Both the position numbers and the translations under genes were made by a program. Under the pieces are notes generated by a model. The model did no database searches. It was not told the DNA's origin and saw only the letters and a program-made list of their open reading frames with translations. From Microgenomates group bacterium Gr01-1014_5 (GTDB lineage Bacteria > Patescibacteriota > Microgenomatia > UBA8517 > UBA10165), in assembly GCA_007376395.1 (NCBI GenBank), contig VMGE01000004.1, forward strand, positions 6,431 through 70,430: a stretch of 64,000 nt of DNA. Direction: 5' to 3'. Shown in pieces: positions 9,735-18,261 of the stretch (positions are counted from its first letter, which is position 1; each line of letters opens with the position of its first letter).

Positions 9735-9920
9735 AACGCAATGAAGGAGTTCCCAGCTTTTTCAAACCCTGAGTGAAATCGAAGGGGGAGCGGGCAAGGA
9801 TTAAGTAACTTGCACGGGTAAGCCCGAAATAGCAGTAATAAGTCACGACCAGGTTTATGGTTGTGTAAACAAAGGTGGTACCACGGCATAGCCGTCCTTT
9901 ACTAAAGGATGGCTATTTTT
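9735..9920 (+). promoter_or_regulatory. T-box riboswitch (Pro) with intrinsic terminator
   Basis: AAAGGTGGTACCACGG antiterminator pairing with CCGTCCTTT; terminator ATAGCCGTCCTT/AAGGATGGCTAT followed by T-run; upstream of csaA-proS. Confidence 0.85.
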
Positions 9921-9928
9921 GTTTTAAG

Positions 9929-10280
9929 ATGATAAAACCAACAATTAAATACGAAGATTTTGAGAAGGTCGATATGCGAGCTGGCAGGGTCACACGTGTC
10001 GAGGACTTTCCTGAAGCCCACAAGCCTGCATATAAACTTTGGATTGACTTCGGGCCAGAGATTAGGACAAAGCAGTCTAGTGCCCAGGTGGTTAAGCATC
10101 AAACAAAAGAAGATTTATTGGGAAAACTTGTGGTTTGTGTAGTCAATTTTGAACCAAAACAAATTGGCCGTTTACTTCTGAGGTATTAACCTTAGGGGTT
10201 GCAGATGAAACCCAAGATGCAAGCAACTGGATAATCTTGCGACCTTTTAAAGAGGCGCCGTTAGGAGGTATGATTAAGTA
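9929..10280 (+). pseudogene. csaA: CsaA/Trbp111 tRNA-binding protein, 1-nt frameshift near 10168
   Basis: ...[10 protein letters not shown] then other frame (P)[10 protein letters not shown]...PLGGMIK*, ending flush with proS ATG. Confidence 0.85.
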
Positions 10281-11720
10281 ATGGCGGACAAAATAACCAA
10301 AAAGTCTGAAAATATTTCTTCTTGGTATAACGATGTAGTTTTGGCGGCAAAGCTTGCCGAACACGGGCCAGCGCGGGGAACGATTATTATCCGCCCCTAT
10401 GGATATGCGATTTGGGAAATAATCCAGCGTTATCTGGATGCTAAGATCAAAAGCTTCGGGGTTGATAATGCTTATTTCCCTTTATTTATTCCAAATTCTC
10501 TTTTACAAAAAGAAAAATCACACGTCGAGGGATTTTCTCCAGAACTTGCAGTTGTAACTCATGGCGGAGGAGAAGAACTAGCCGAACCTCTTGTTGTGCG
10601 TCCGACATCCGAAACTATTATGTACGATGCTTATTCTCACTGGATTTCGTCTTACCGAGATTTACCTTTAAAAATTAATCAATGGAATAATGTTGTCAGA
10701 TGGGAAAAAAGGCCGTACCTTTTCCTGCGCGGGACAGAATTTTTGTGGCAAGAAGGGCACACTGCGCATGCAACTCACGAAGACGCAATTGATATGACTA
10801 AAAAAGCTTTGGATGCTTATGTTGATACTTACCAAAACCAAATGGCTTTATTTGGCTATGCTGGCCGCAAGTCTGAAAGCGAAAAGTTTGCCGGTGCCGC
10901 AGTTACTTACACTTATGAAACTTTAATGCCTGATGGGAAAATTGTGCAAAGTTGTACATCCCACGATTTAGGGCAAAATTTTGCGAAAGCTTTTGATATT
11001 AAATTCCAGGACCAAAATTCTGAAAATCAGTATGTCTGGCAGACTTCTTGGGGGCTTTCAACGCGTTCAATTGGAGTATTAATTTTGGCGCACGGTGACG
11101 ACAATGGCCTTGTCTTGCCTCCTGCGGTTGCACCGTACCAGGTAGTGATTGTTCCTATTCATGGTAAAGACGGCGATCACGAAAAAATTGGGCAATTATC
11201 GCAACGTGTCTTTGAAGTTTTAGAGACTTCCAGTCTCCGGGTTAAAGTGGATAGTACAGAAAATTCTACTGGTTGGAAGTTTAATGAAGCAGATTTGCAA
11301 GGAATACCCTTGCGAATTGAAATAGGGAAGACAGAGATAGAGACAGAGAAAGTGAAGGTTGTGGTCAGATGGCCTGAGACCCGAGATGTGTTCAACTTTG
11401 GAATCAGCGAGTTGGCGCAAGAAGTTGAGAAGCTTTTGGACACAATGCAAAAAGATCTTTTACGGGCTCACAAAGACTGGACCCTTGCTAATACCAGGGA
11501 GGTAGGAACATACGATGAGTTCAAAGAGATTATGTCAACTGTCCGCGGATTTATTAAGGCTTACTGGTGCGAAGAAGCCGAGTGTGAAGCAAAGATTAAA
11601 GAAGAAACAAAGGCGACTGTACGCGTTTTACCTTTTGATGAGGAGGTTGAGACAGAAGGTAAGTGTGTCCAATGCGGCAATAAAGCTTTTCGCCGTTGGC
11701 TCTTCGGCCAGAGTTATTAA
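10281..11720 (+). CDS. proS: Proline-tRNA ligase, archaeal/eukaryal type
   Basis: HVEGFSPE, RPTSET, EFLWQEGHT, QTSWGLSTR, C-terminal GQSY. Confidence 0.98.
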   Translation: MADKITKKSENISSWYNDVVLAAKLAEHGPARGTIIIRPYGYAIWEIIQRYLDAKIKSFGVDNAYFPLFIPNSLLQKEKSHVEGFSPELAVVTHGGGEELAEPLVVRPTSETIMYDAYSHWISSYRDLPLKINQWNNVVRWEKRPYLFLRGTEFLWQEGHTAHATHEDAIDMTKKALDAYVDTYQNQMALFGYAGRKSESEKFAGAAVTYTYETLMPDGKIVQSCTSHDLGQNFAKAFDIKFQDQNSENQYVWQTSWGLSTRSIGVLILAHGDDNGLVLPPAVAPYQVVIVPIHGKDGDHEKIGQLSQRVFEVLETSSLRVKVDSTENSTGWKFNEADLQGIPLRIEIGKTEIETEKVKVVVRWPETRDVFNFGISELAQEVEKLLDTMQKDLLRAHKDWTLANTREVGTYDEFKEIMSTVRGFIKAYWCEEAECEAKIKEETKATVRVLPFDEEVETEGKCVQCGNKAFRRWLFGQSY

Positions 11721-12311
11721 GTTTGCCTTCTCTTTAGCTTCAGATAGTAGAATTATTGAAGAAAAATCCTTAGGTGCAAAGCTGTTCCACAGCCTGTCTG
11801 CTTCCTGCTTCAATGTTCTGGTAAAAGCAAGAGAAAGGTCTTTGTTAGTTCGGGGATCAATTGCGCCGTTCTTGTTGCGGGTAACATAATCTTCTGGATA
11901 CAATACAATCAGCGCTTTTCTAAAAGGGGTTGCTCCGAGGTCTTTAACTAAATCTCTATTCCAGGTTTCAGTGGCTTCTAAGAGGTAATTATTTCTTTGC
12001 TGTACTGACGACTGCGCTCTTGTAAAAAACACGGCGATAGCTGTTCCGTCTGGAATTTGAGCTCCGTTTGGATCAGCAAGTAGAACCTCTATAAATCTGG
12101 AACTTATACTCATTCCTAAGTTAGGAAAGTCATTGTAAAGGTAAATTTTCTTCTTGTAGTTTTTTGCTTGAGCTGGCTCAAGGTTAAATCTTTGATCTAT
12201 AGAAAGATTAGCTTCGGGTTGGGTGCAAGATAGGGCTGTAACTGCGGAACCAAGACCTAGTAAAGTTAAAAATTCTTTTCTTGTAAATTTCCTTCTATTT
12301 TGTTCAGCCAT
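11628..12311 (-). CDS. Hypothetical lipoprotein, Tat-like signal
   Basis: RRKFTRKEFL-hydrophobic-LSC; 3' end overlaps proS by 93 nt. Confidence 0.6.
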   Translation of the reverse strand: MAEQNRRKFTRKEFLTLLGLGSAVTALSCTQPEANLSIDQRFNLEPAQAKNYKKKIYLYNDFPNLGMSISSRFIEVLLADPNGAQIPDGTAIAVFFTRAQSSVQQRNNYLLEATETWNRDLVKDLGATPFRKALIVLYPEDYVTRNKNGAIDPRTNKDLSLAFTRTLKQEADRLWNSFAPKDFSSIILLSEAKEKANLITLAEEPTAKSFIAALDTLTFCLNLLIKR

Positions 12312-12314
12312 GGT

Positions 12315-13010
12315 TCATTTTAACAAATTTGAAAGAAATTCGCCATTAAGTCTTACCTTGATAGGTTTATATTTATCTTCAAAATCGATAAGAATTTTTA
12401 ATTTACCCGACTGAATATCTGTTTGTCCTCTGGACATAGTGCGTGCAATAGAACCGAATATTGCCAAAGATAAATAAGTGCCAAGCAGAAGTTGAAATTG
12501 ACAACCTTCTTTTTCCTGATTTTCGGAAGCGAACCTATCCTCCACTCTTTTTATTGCATCTGGAATCGAGATGAGGATATTGACAGGTTTTTGTGGAGAT
12601 AACTTTTTGTTTTGTTTTTCCAGCTCCCTCATTCTTTCTCTTAAAAGAGTAATATCAGAAGCTACGTTTGTATACTTTTTAGTTGCCTGGTCTTGCAACT
12701 CTTTTGACATCAGGCTTGTCGGAACAAAATGCACAAGAAAGACAACGTTTTCAGGTAAATTCAAAGCTCCTAAATTAGGAGAATTGACATACTCCTGAAG
12801 TTTTTTAGGATCGACTGATATTGAATTATTTACATCGTGGTTTACGACAGTTAAATTTATCGAGACGGCAATTTTTTCAAAACTACGAAGAGCAACGTGC
12901 TCCGGTGTTTTAGCAACAGGAGAACATTCTTGAAGAGGCTGTTGTCTTGTGTCCCGACAACCAGCGAGTACAGCGCCAGTTAAATATGCCAAAACTCTGC
13001 GTCTTTCCAT
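12315..13010 (-). CDS. Hypothetical lipoprotein, Tat-like signal
   Basis: MERRRVL...VLAGC lipobox. Confidence 0.65.
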   Translation of the reverse strand: MERRRVLAYLTGAVLAGCRDTRQQPLQECSPVAKTPEHVALRSFEKIAVSINLTVVNHDVNNSISVDPKKLQEYVNSPNLGALNLPENVVFLVHFVPTSLMSKELQDQATKKYTNVASDITLLRERMRELEKQNKKLSPQKPVNILISIPDAIKRVEDRFASENQEKEGCQFQLLLGTYLSLAIFGSIARTMSRGQTDIQSGKLKILIDFEDKYKPIKVRLNGEFLSNLLK

Positions 13011-13098
13011 AGTTAATTGTAACACTAAAAACACTAAATATCAACCCATAGTAGAATTTGACAAGCAGTGTCAAGTAAGGGACAATTTGAGGAAATCG

Positions 13099-14073
13099 AT
13101 GGCAAAGAAGCGTGTTGTAGTTATTGGCGGAGGGACAGGGGCTTACCAAGTACTTGTAGGTTTGAAAAAATATCCGGTAGATCTTTCTGCCGTTGTAACC
13201 ATGTCGGATTCGGGTGGGTCTACCGGAAAATTACGCCGTGAATTTAGCATCTTGCCTCCAGGGGATGTCAGGCGTGCACTAAGTGCCTTATCAAATCTTC
13301 CATTGGCTGAAAAAACACTAGAAACGCTCTTTGATTTCCGCTTCCACTCTAAAGGGTCCTTAGGCGGGCATTCAGTTGGCAACTTGTTATTGGCCGCTTT
13401 AACCCAAATTACAGGCCGGGAAGATCTCGCCATTAAAGAGGCTGGGAAAATTTTGGCTGTTTCGGGTAACGTCTGTCCTGTAACGCTGGACAAAACAACT
13501 CTTGTTGCTGAGCTTGAGAATGGTAAAAAGATTGTCGGAGAGACAAAAATTGATTTGCGCTGGCAGGGTAAAGAATTTGCCGAAGTGCCGATTAAAAAGG
13601 TTTATCTCCGTCCTGGGGCAAAAGTTTTTAAAGAGGCCTCTGAGGCGATAAAAAAAGCCGATCTTGTAATCTTGGGGCCGGGAGATTTATACACCAGCAT
13701 TATCCCAAACCTGCTCGTTGACGGAGTAAACGAGGCAATTGCCGCCTCCCGCGCAAAAGTTGCTTTAATTGTAAACCTGATGACCAAGCCCGGGGAAACA
13801 GATAACTTTACCGCTTCTGATTTCATACGAATTATCAGGCAATATTTGCAAAAGGCCGGTAATAAAATTTCGCATGTTGTGGTCAATACAAAATTTCCGG
13901 AAGACGTGCAAACATTGGCTTGGTATCTGAAGCACTCTTCAAAACCTGTGCTCGACGACGTAGATTCAAGGCGGGAAAAGATAAAACTTATCCGCGGAGG
14001 GTTTACCCAGCGTGGGGAATTATTGCGCCATGACCCCGCAAAACTTGTTCGGGTATTGACAAAGTTATTATAA
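13099..14073 (+). CDS. yvcK: YvcK/GlmR (UPF0052) family protein
   Basis: VVVIGGGTG, DSGGSTG, PPGDVR, GPGDLYTSIIPNL. Confidence 0.95.
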   Translation: MAKKRVVVIGGGTGAYQVLVGLKKYPVDLSAVVTMSDSGGSTGKLRREFSILPPGDVRRALSALSNLPLAEKTLETLFDFRFHSKGSLGGHSVGNLLLAALTQITGREDLAIKEAGKILAVSGNVCPVTLDKTTLVAELENGKKIVGETKIDLRWQGKEFAEVPIKKVYLRPGAKVFKEASEAIKKADLVILGPGDLYTSIIPNLLVDGVNEAIAASRAKVALIVNLMTKPGETDNFTASDFIRIIRQYLQKAGNKISHVVVNTKFPEDVQTLAWYLKHSSKPVLDDVDSRREKIKLIRGGFTQRGELLRHDPAKLVRVLTKLL

Positions 14074-14103
14074 ATGCTATTTTGAAACCACTGTTCACAA
14101 AAT

Positions 14104-15561
14104 ATGCCAGCTTGGAATGAACTACTAAAACCGCCACTTGAAGCCCTCCGTTACCTTTCTCCTTTTACGATCAAATACGGATCTGATGAAATGCATGCTG
14201 TATGGTCTGAAAAAAGTCGTGCTCTTGCAGTACGAGATCTTTGGATTGCAACGGCATACGTTCAGATGGAAGCAGGTCTTGTAACACAAGAGCAGTACGA
14301 CGACTTAGTTGTTAATAGAGAAAAGTTAGACATTAGAGAAGCTTATCGGATGGAGTTAGATAGAGACTATTCGAGATTTACAGGACACGATATAGTCGCA
14401 GCAAGTCGAGAATACGGAGATAAAGCAAAAATCGGCGGTTCTATTATAGGAAAAGGTGAAACTTCTGAAGAACCTCTTTCTAATTCAGAGATTTTATTAA
14501 CCCATAAAGGGATAGATATTCTTGATAGAAGGATTGTAAGTGTTTTAACCTCACTAGTGAGCCCAATTAGAAAGTATAAAGATTTAATTTGTATGGAATG
14601 GACTCATCTACAAGCTGCTGAACCCACAACTGTTGGTCTTCGTTTAGCCGGATATGCACAAGACTTACTTAATGATTTGAGTATACTTCGTTTTTTTAAG
14701 ACATTAATACTGGGAAAGGGGATTAAAGGTGCTGTTGGGACTTCTGCTTCTTTTACACACATGTTAGAGGGTAATCCGATGACAGCACGAGAAATGGAAG
14801 ATAAAATAATGGCAAGATATGGCTTGACTCCAGCCTTAATTACCACTCAAACATATCCTCGCAAATTTGCCTTAATGGCGGTAACCGCGAACGCTTTTAT
14901 GGGGCAAAGTGCTTATAAATTTGCAAACGATTTAAAGATTCTTCAATCTACTCCATTTGGTGAATGGGCTGAACCTAGACGTAGAGATCAAGTTGGTTCA
15001 TTTGCTATGCCTCACAAAGAGAATCCTAATAACGCTGAGGGAATAAAAGCTTTGGCAAGAGGTTTAGCTTTCCATGTTGCACATATGTGGTTTATTGCAG
15101 CAGATACTACTTTAGGCAGGGGATTGGAAGATTCAGCAGGAAAACGAAGTGTTATACCTGAATCTTTCTTGGCTGCAGATGAAATTTTAGTGAGGATGGA
15201 TAGAATGGTTAAGGGACTACAAATAAGAGAAGTTCCTATTGCAAGAAATTTGGCAGCGTATGGACCTTTTGTGGCAATGGAAATTATTCTTTCAGAGTTA
15301 TCAAGAAATCCCAATGTTGATCGTCCAGCAATGCATGACTCGTTAAGAGAAAAAGCTAGAACTGCAAATGAAGCCGTAAGACGAGGCGAACCAAATCCAT
15401 TACAGGACCTAGTAAGAACTGATTCTGAATTAACGAAATATTTGTCAACAGAAGAGATTGACTCGGCATTTACTTCTGTTAATAAATATATTGGAGATGC
15501 ACCAGAAAGGTGTCATGAAATGGCTGATATAATTGAAAAGGAGCTAGTAAAAACAACATGA
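14104..15561 (+). CDS. purB: Adenylosuccinate lyase (divergent)
   Basis: THLQAAEPTT, GIKGAVGT, TQTYPR, GSFAMPHKENP. Confidence 0.9.
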   Translation: MPAWNELLKPPLEALRYLSPFTIKYGSDEMHAVWSEKSRALAVRDLWIATAYVQMEAGLVTQEQYDDLVVNREKLDIREAYRMELDRDYSRFTGHDIVAASREYGDKAKIGGSIIGKGETSEEPLSNSEILLTHKGIDILDRRIVSVLTSLVSPIRKYKDLICMEWTHLQAAEPTTVGLRLAGYAQDLLNDLSILRFFKTLILGKGIKGAVGTSASFTHMLEGNPMTAREMEDKIMARYGLTPALITTQTYPRKFALMAVTANAFMGQSAYKFANDLKILQSTPFGEWAEPRRRDQVGSFAMPHKENPNNAEGIKALARGLAFHVAHMWFIAADTTLGRGLEDSAGKRSVIPESFLAADEILVRMDRMVKGLQIREVPIARNLAAYGPFVAMEIILSELSRNPNVDRPAMHDSLREKARTANEAVRRGEPNPLQDLVRTDSELTKYLSTEEIDSAFTSVNKYIGDAPERCHEMADIIEKELVKTT

Positions 15562-16604
15562 GAGAAAGATGTAGGAGGCTATTTCCGGATGTTCCCCCCG
15601 CTAATTTAATGAACGGGCTAGTCTCTTTTGTTATGCCTGAATGGGGGCCTCCGATCCGTGGGAAGGTAAGAGAGAGTTGGGTGAGAGAGCACGGCGGGAG
15701 AAGTGTCCGCGTGATGGTCACGACTGACCGTAAATCAGCTTTCGACAGAATAGTTGCCACGGCTCCTGACGTCGGCAGGGTCTTAAACCTTCTTTCTGCT
15801 TTTTGGTTTGAAAGAACAAGCCATATTATTCCAAATCACATGATTGACGTGCCCCATCCAAACGTCTTGATTGCCGAACAGGTTGACATAACGCTTCCTG
15901 TGGAGCTTGTTTTGCGCCGTTATATGGCAAAAAGTTCAACTTCAACATCAGTCTATGTAAACTATGTAGATTTAGGGAGAAGAAATATTTATGGCGTGGA
16001 CTTTCCTGACGGGTTGAGAGCAAACGAGGCATTTCCTGAAACACTTGGAAAGAGTGGAGTAATTGTAACTCCTACAACCAAAGCAGGGGAAGGAGAACAC
16101 GACCAGGAGCTGAAGGATGAACAGGCGCGAAGCATAGTCGATGCTAGGTGTGGCGCGGGTACTTGGGATAAAGCAAAAAGAGGCTGTTTAGATGTGTTTC
16201 TATGTGCGGCAGATTGGCTTGAAAAACAAGGGATCGTGTTAGTTGACACAAAAATAGAAATGGGGATAAAAGACGGTCGGATTATGATTATAGACGAACT
16301 GTTTACTCCCGACTCTTCGCGTTTTTGGCTTAAGAGTACTTACCAGCAAAGGTTGCGAGCAGGTCAAAACCCGGAAACGTTCGACAAAGAATTACTTAGA
16401 GGTGTTTTAGTTCAAAAAGGATTTACCGGTGAAGGCCCTGTTCCTGTTTTAGAACAAGAGGCTATCGAAAGGTTATCTGTGGTATACAGGGAAATATTCC
16501 ACAGAATCACGAGTAGTGAATATGTAAAAGGCAGATCGTTGTCCCCCACAACAGCAACAGCAATTAGGGCATCTTTAGTTGATTACTTTGGTCTTGCTGC
16601 CTAA
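15558..16604 (+). CDS. purC: SAICAR synthase
   Basis: RGKVRE, TDRKSAFD, TPTTK, LVDTKIEMG, DELFTPDSSRFW. Confidence 0.95.
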   Translation: MRERCRRLFPDVPPANLMNGLVSFVMPEWGPPIRGKVRESWVREHGGRSVRVMVTTDRKSAFDRIVATAPDVGRVLNLLSAFWFERTSHIIPNHMIDVPHPNVLIAEQVDITLPVELVLRRYMAKSSTSTSVYVNYVDLGRRNIYGVDFPDGLRANEAFPETLGKSGVIVTPTTKAGEGEHDQELKDEQARSIVDARCGAGTWDKAKRGCLDVFLCAADWLEKQGIVLVDTKIEMGIKDGRIMIIDELFTPDSSRFWLKSTYQQRLRAGQNPETFDKELLRGVLVQKGFTGEGPVPVLEQEAIERLSVVYREIFHRITSSEYVKGRSLSPTTATAIRASLVDYFGLAA

Positions 16605-16624
16605 CTTCTTGAAGAAATCCCGAT

Positions 16625-16664
16625 GTGCAAACGTAATCCACACCTGGTGTGGAATAGCTTTGCA
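16625..16664. repeat. Palindromic hairpin (REP-like or terminator)
   Basis: gtgcaaa..tccacac ctg gtgtgga..tttgcac after purC. Confidence 0.45.
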
Positions 16665-16713
16665 CCTGCGTACCCTTGCCTCTAGAAATATATCGCGTTA
16701 TACTGAGAGCCAA

Positions 16714-17274
16714 ATGGCTGATCAGCCCCAAGAACCAACAATTGTCCAACCCAGCCCGCCAGTAGCTATTCCTACAGCTCCAGCAGAAGACTGTATTTTT
16801 TGTAAAATAGTCCGTGGCGAGGCACCTGTACATAAAATTTGGGAAGATAGCGAACACATGGCTTTCTTAAGCATATTTCCCAACACACCAGGATTTACTG
16901 TGGTAATTACCAAAGTTCACCACCCAAGCTATGCTTTTGCCAACTCTGACGAAATATTGACTAAATTGACGCTTGCCGCAAAGAAAGTAGGAGAGCTTTT
17001 GGATTTGGCTTTTGAAGACGTGGGCCGTACCGGATTAATGTATGAAGGGTTTGGGGTTAATCATTTGCACGCTAAGTTGTTTCCTATGCATGGAACCGGC
17101 AATATGGAAACCTGGGAACCAATCAAAAGCCCGTTGAAAACGTTTTTTGACCAATATCCCGGATTCATGTCTTCGCACGACGCTGACAAGGCAGACGATG
17201 CCCAGCTTGAGGCACAAGCTTCCAAAATCCGCAACAAAGCAAAACAGGTTGCAGAACTGGGCGGGAAGATTTAA
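16714..17274 (+). CDS. HIT family protein
   Basis: CIFCKIV, AFLSIFPNTPG, VNHLHAKL. Confidence 0.9.
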   Translation: MADQPQEPTIVQPSPPVAIPTAPAEDCIFCKIVRGEAPVHKIWEDSEHMAFLSIFPNTPGFTVVITKVHHPSYAFANSDEILTKLTLAAKKVGELLDLAFEDVGRTGLMYEGFGVNHLHAKLFPMHGTGNMETWEPIKSPLKTFFDQYPGFMSSHDADKADDAQLEAQASKIRNKAKQVAELGGKI

Positions 17275-17341
17275 CTAGAGACTAGAGACTGGAGACTAGA
17301 GACTGGAGACTAGAGACTGGAGACTGGAGATTAGAGGCTAG
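17275..17341 (+). repeat. Tandem heptamer array (CTRGAGA)x8 plus TTAGAGG
   Basis: Fills the whole intergenic gap between HIT stop and yqeY ATG. Confidence 0.95.
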
Positions 17342-17788
17342 ATGTTGAAAGATGAACTGTCAAAGCAAATTATAGAATCCCTTAAATCCGGGAATTCAGT
17401 GCGTGTTTCAACCTTAAGACTTCTGGCAAGCGCGCTTCACAACGAAGAAATAGCCAAACAAGCACAACTCTCTAACGACGACGAAGTGGTGATTATCAAA
17501 AGACAATTAAAGCAAAGAGAAGAAGCCGTAGAGGCTTATGAAAAAGCAGGAAGAACCGAATCGGCAGAAAAAGAAAGGTCAGAGGGAGAAATCCTGAAAG
17601 AATTCCTGCCAGAACAGATAGGAGAAAATGAATTGAGCGATATAGTTAATAAAGCGATTGAGGAAAGTAGCGCACACTCAATGAGCGATTTTGGAAAGGT
17701 AATGAGTGCGGTTATGGCTAAAGTTAAAGGACAAGCAGATGGGAAGCTTACCTCAGAGCTAGTTAGAGCAAAACTATCGGGTGGTTAA
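17342..17788 (+). CDS. yqeY: GatB/YqeY domain protein
   Basis: KQREEAVEAYEKAGR, FLPEQ, DFGKVM, GQADGK. Confidence 0.9.
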   Translation: MLKDELSKQIIESLKSGNSVRVSTLRLLASALHNEEIAKQAQLSNDDEVVIIKRQLKQREEAVEAYEKAGRTESAEKERSEGEILKEFLPEQIGENELSDIVNKAIEESSAHSMSDFGKVMSAVMAKVKGQADGKLTSELVRAKLSGG

Positions 17789-17807
17789 ATTACGCATGTT
17801 CCAAATA

Positions 17808-17838
17808 TGGCCTCATAAGGTCTCACCTTGCGAAGCTA
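17808..17838. repeat. REP-like palindrome AAGG-TCTCA-CCTT, degenerate
   Basis: Homologous to 35167-35197 and 60809-60863. Confidence 0.65.
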
Positions 17839-17863
17839 AGATACAAACATATAATCTTATAAG

Positions 17864-18250
17864 ATGATTAGAATATTAATCACTCGCCAGGCTCGGTACC
17901 CGACAGATATCCGCGAATTAAGAGAAAGGGTAAAAACAACCTTGACCAAACAAGGAGTGGGACAAGCAGAGGTGAGTGTCGCGTTGGTTGGAGAACGGAA
18001 AATGCGGGAGCTGGCACAAAAGTATTTAGGAGAAAGCTCCAAGTACCCAGTCCATGAGGTTCTTTCGTTTCCCTCGTCTGGTGATATTGCTTTTCCCGAC
18101 TCCGGCAAACTGACACAGCTTGGTGATATAGTGATTTGCTATCCCGAAGCGCGCAAAATTGCTATCAAAAGAAACAGAATGATGGATGATGTTATTGGGG
18201 AATTGGCCCAGCACGCGACTTTGCATTTGTTGGGGATACACCACGACTAA
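17864..18250 (+). CDS. ybeY: rRNA maturation factor YbeY
   Basis: VLSFP, LGDIVIC, HATLHLLGIHH. Confidence 0.92.
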   Translation: MIRILITRQARYPTDIRELRERVKTTLTKQGVGQAEVSVALVGERKMRELAQKYLGESSKYPVHEVLSFPSSGDIAFPDSGKLTQLGDIVICYPEARKIAIKRNRMMDDVIGELAQHATLHLLGIHHD

Positions 18251-18261
18251 TTTTTAATTTT

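Noticed and set aside
17275-17341. CRISPR array
   Set aside because: 7-nt tandem units with no spacers and no cas genes
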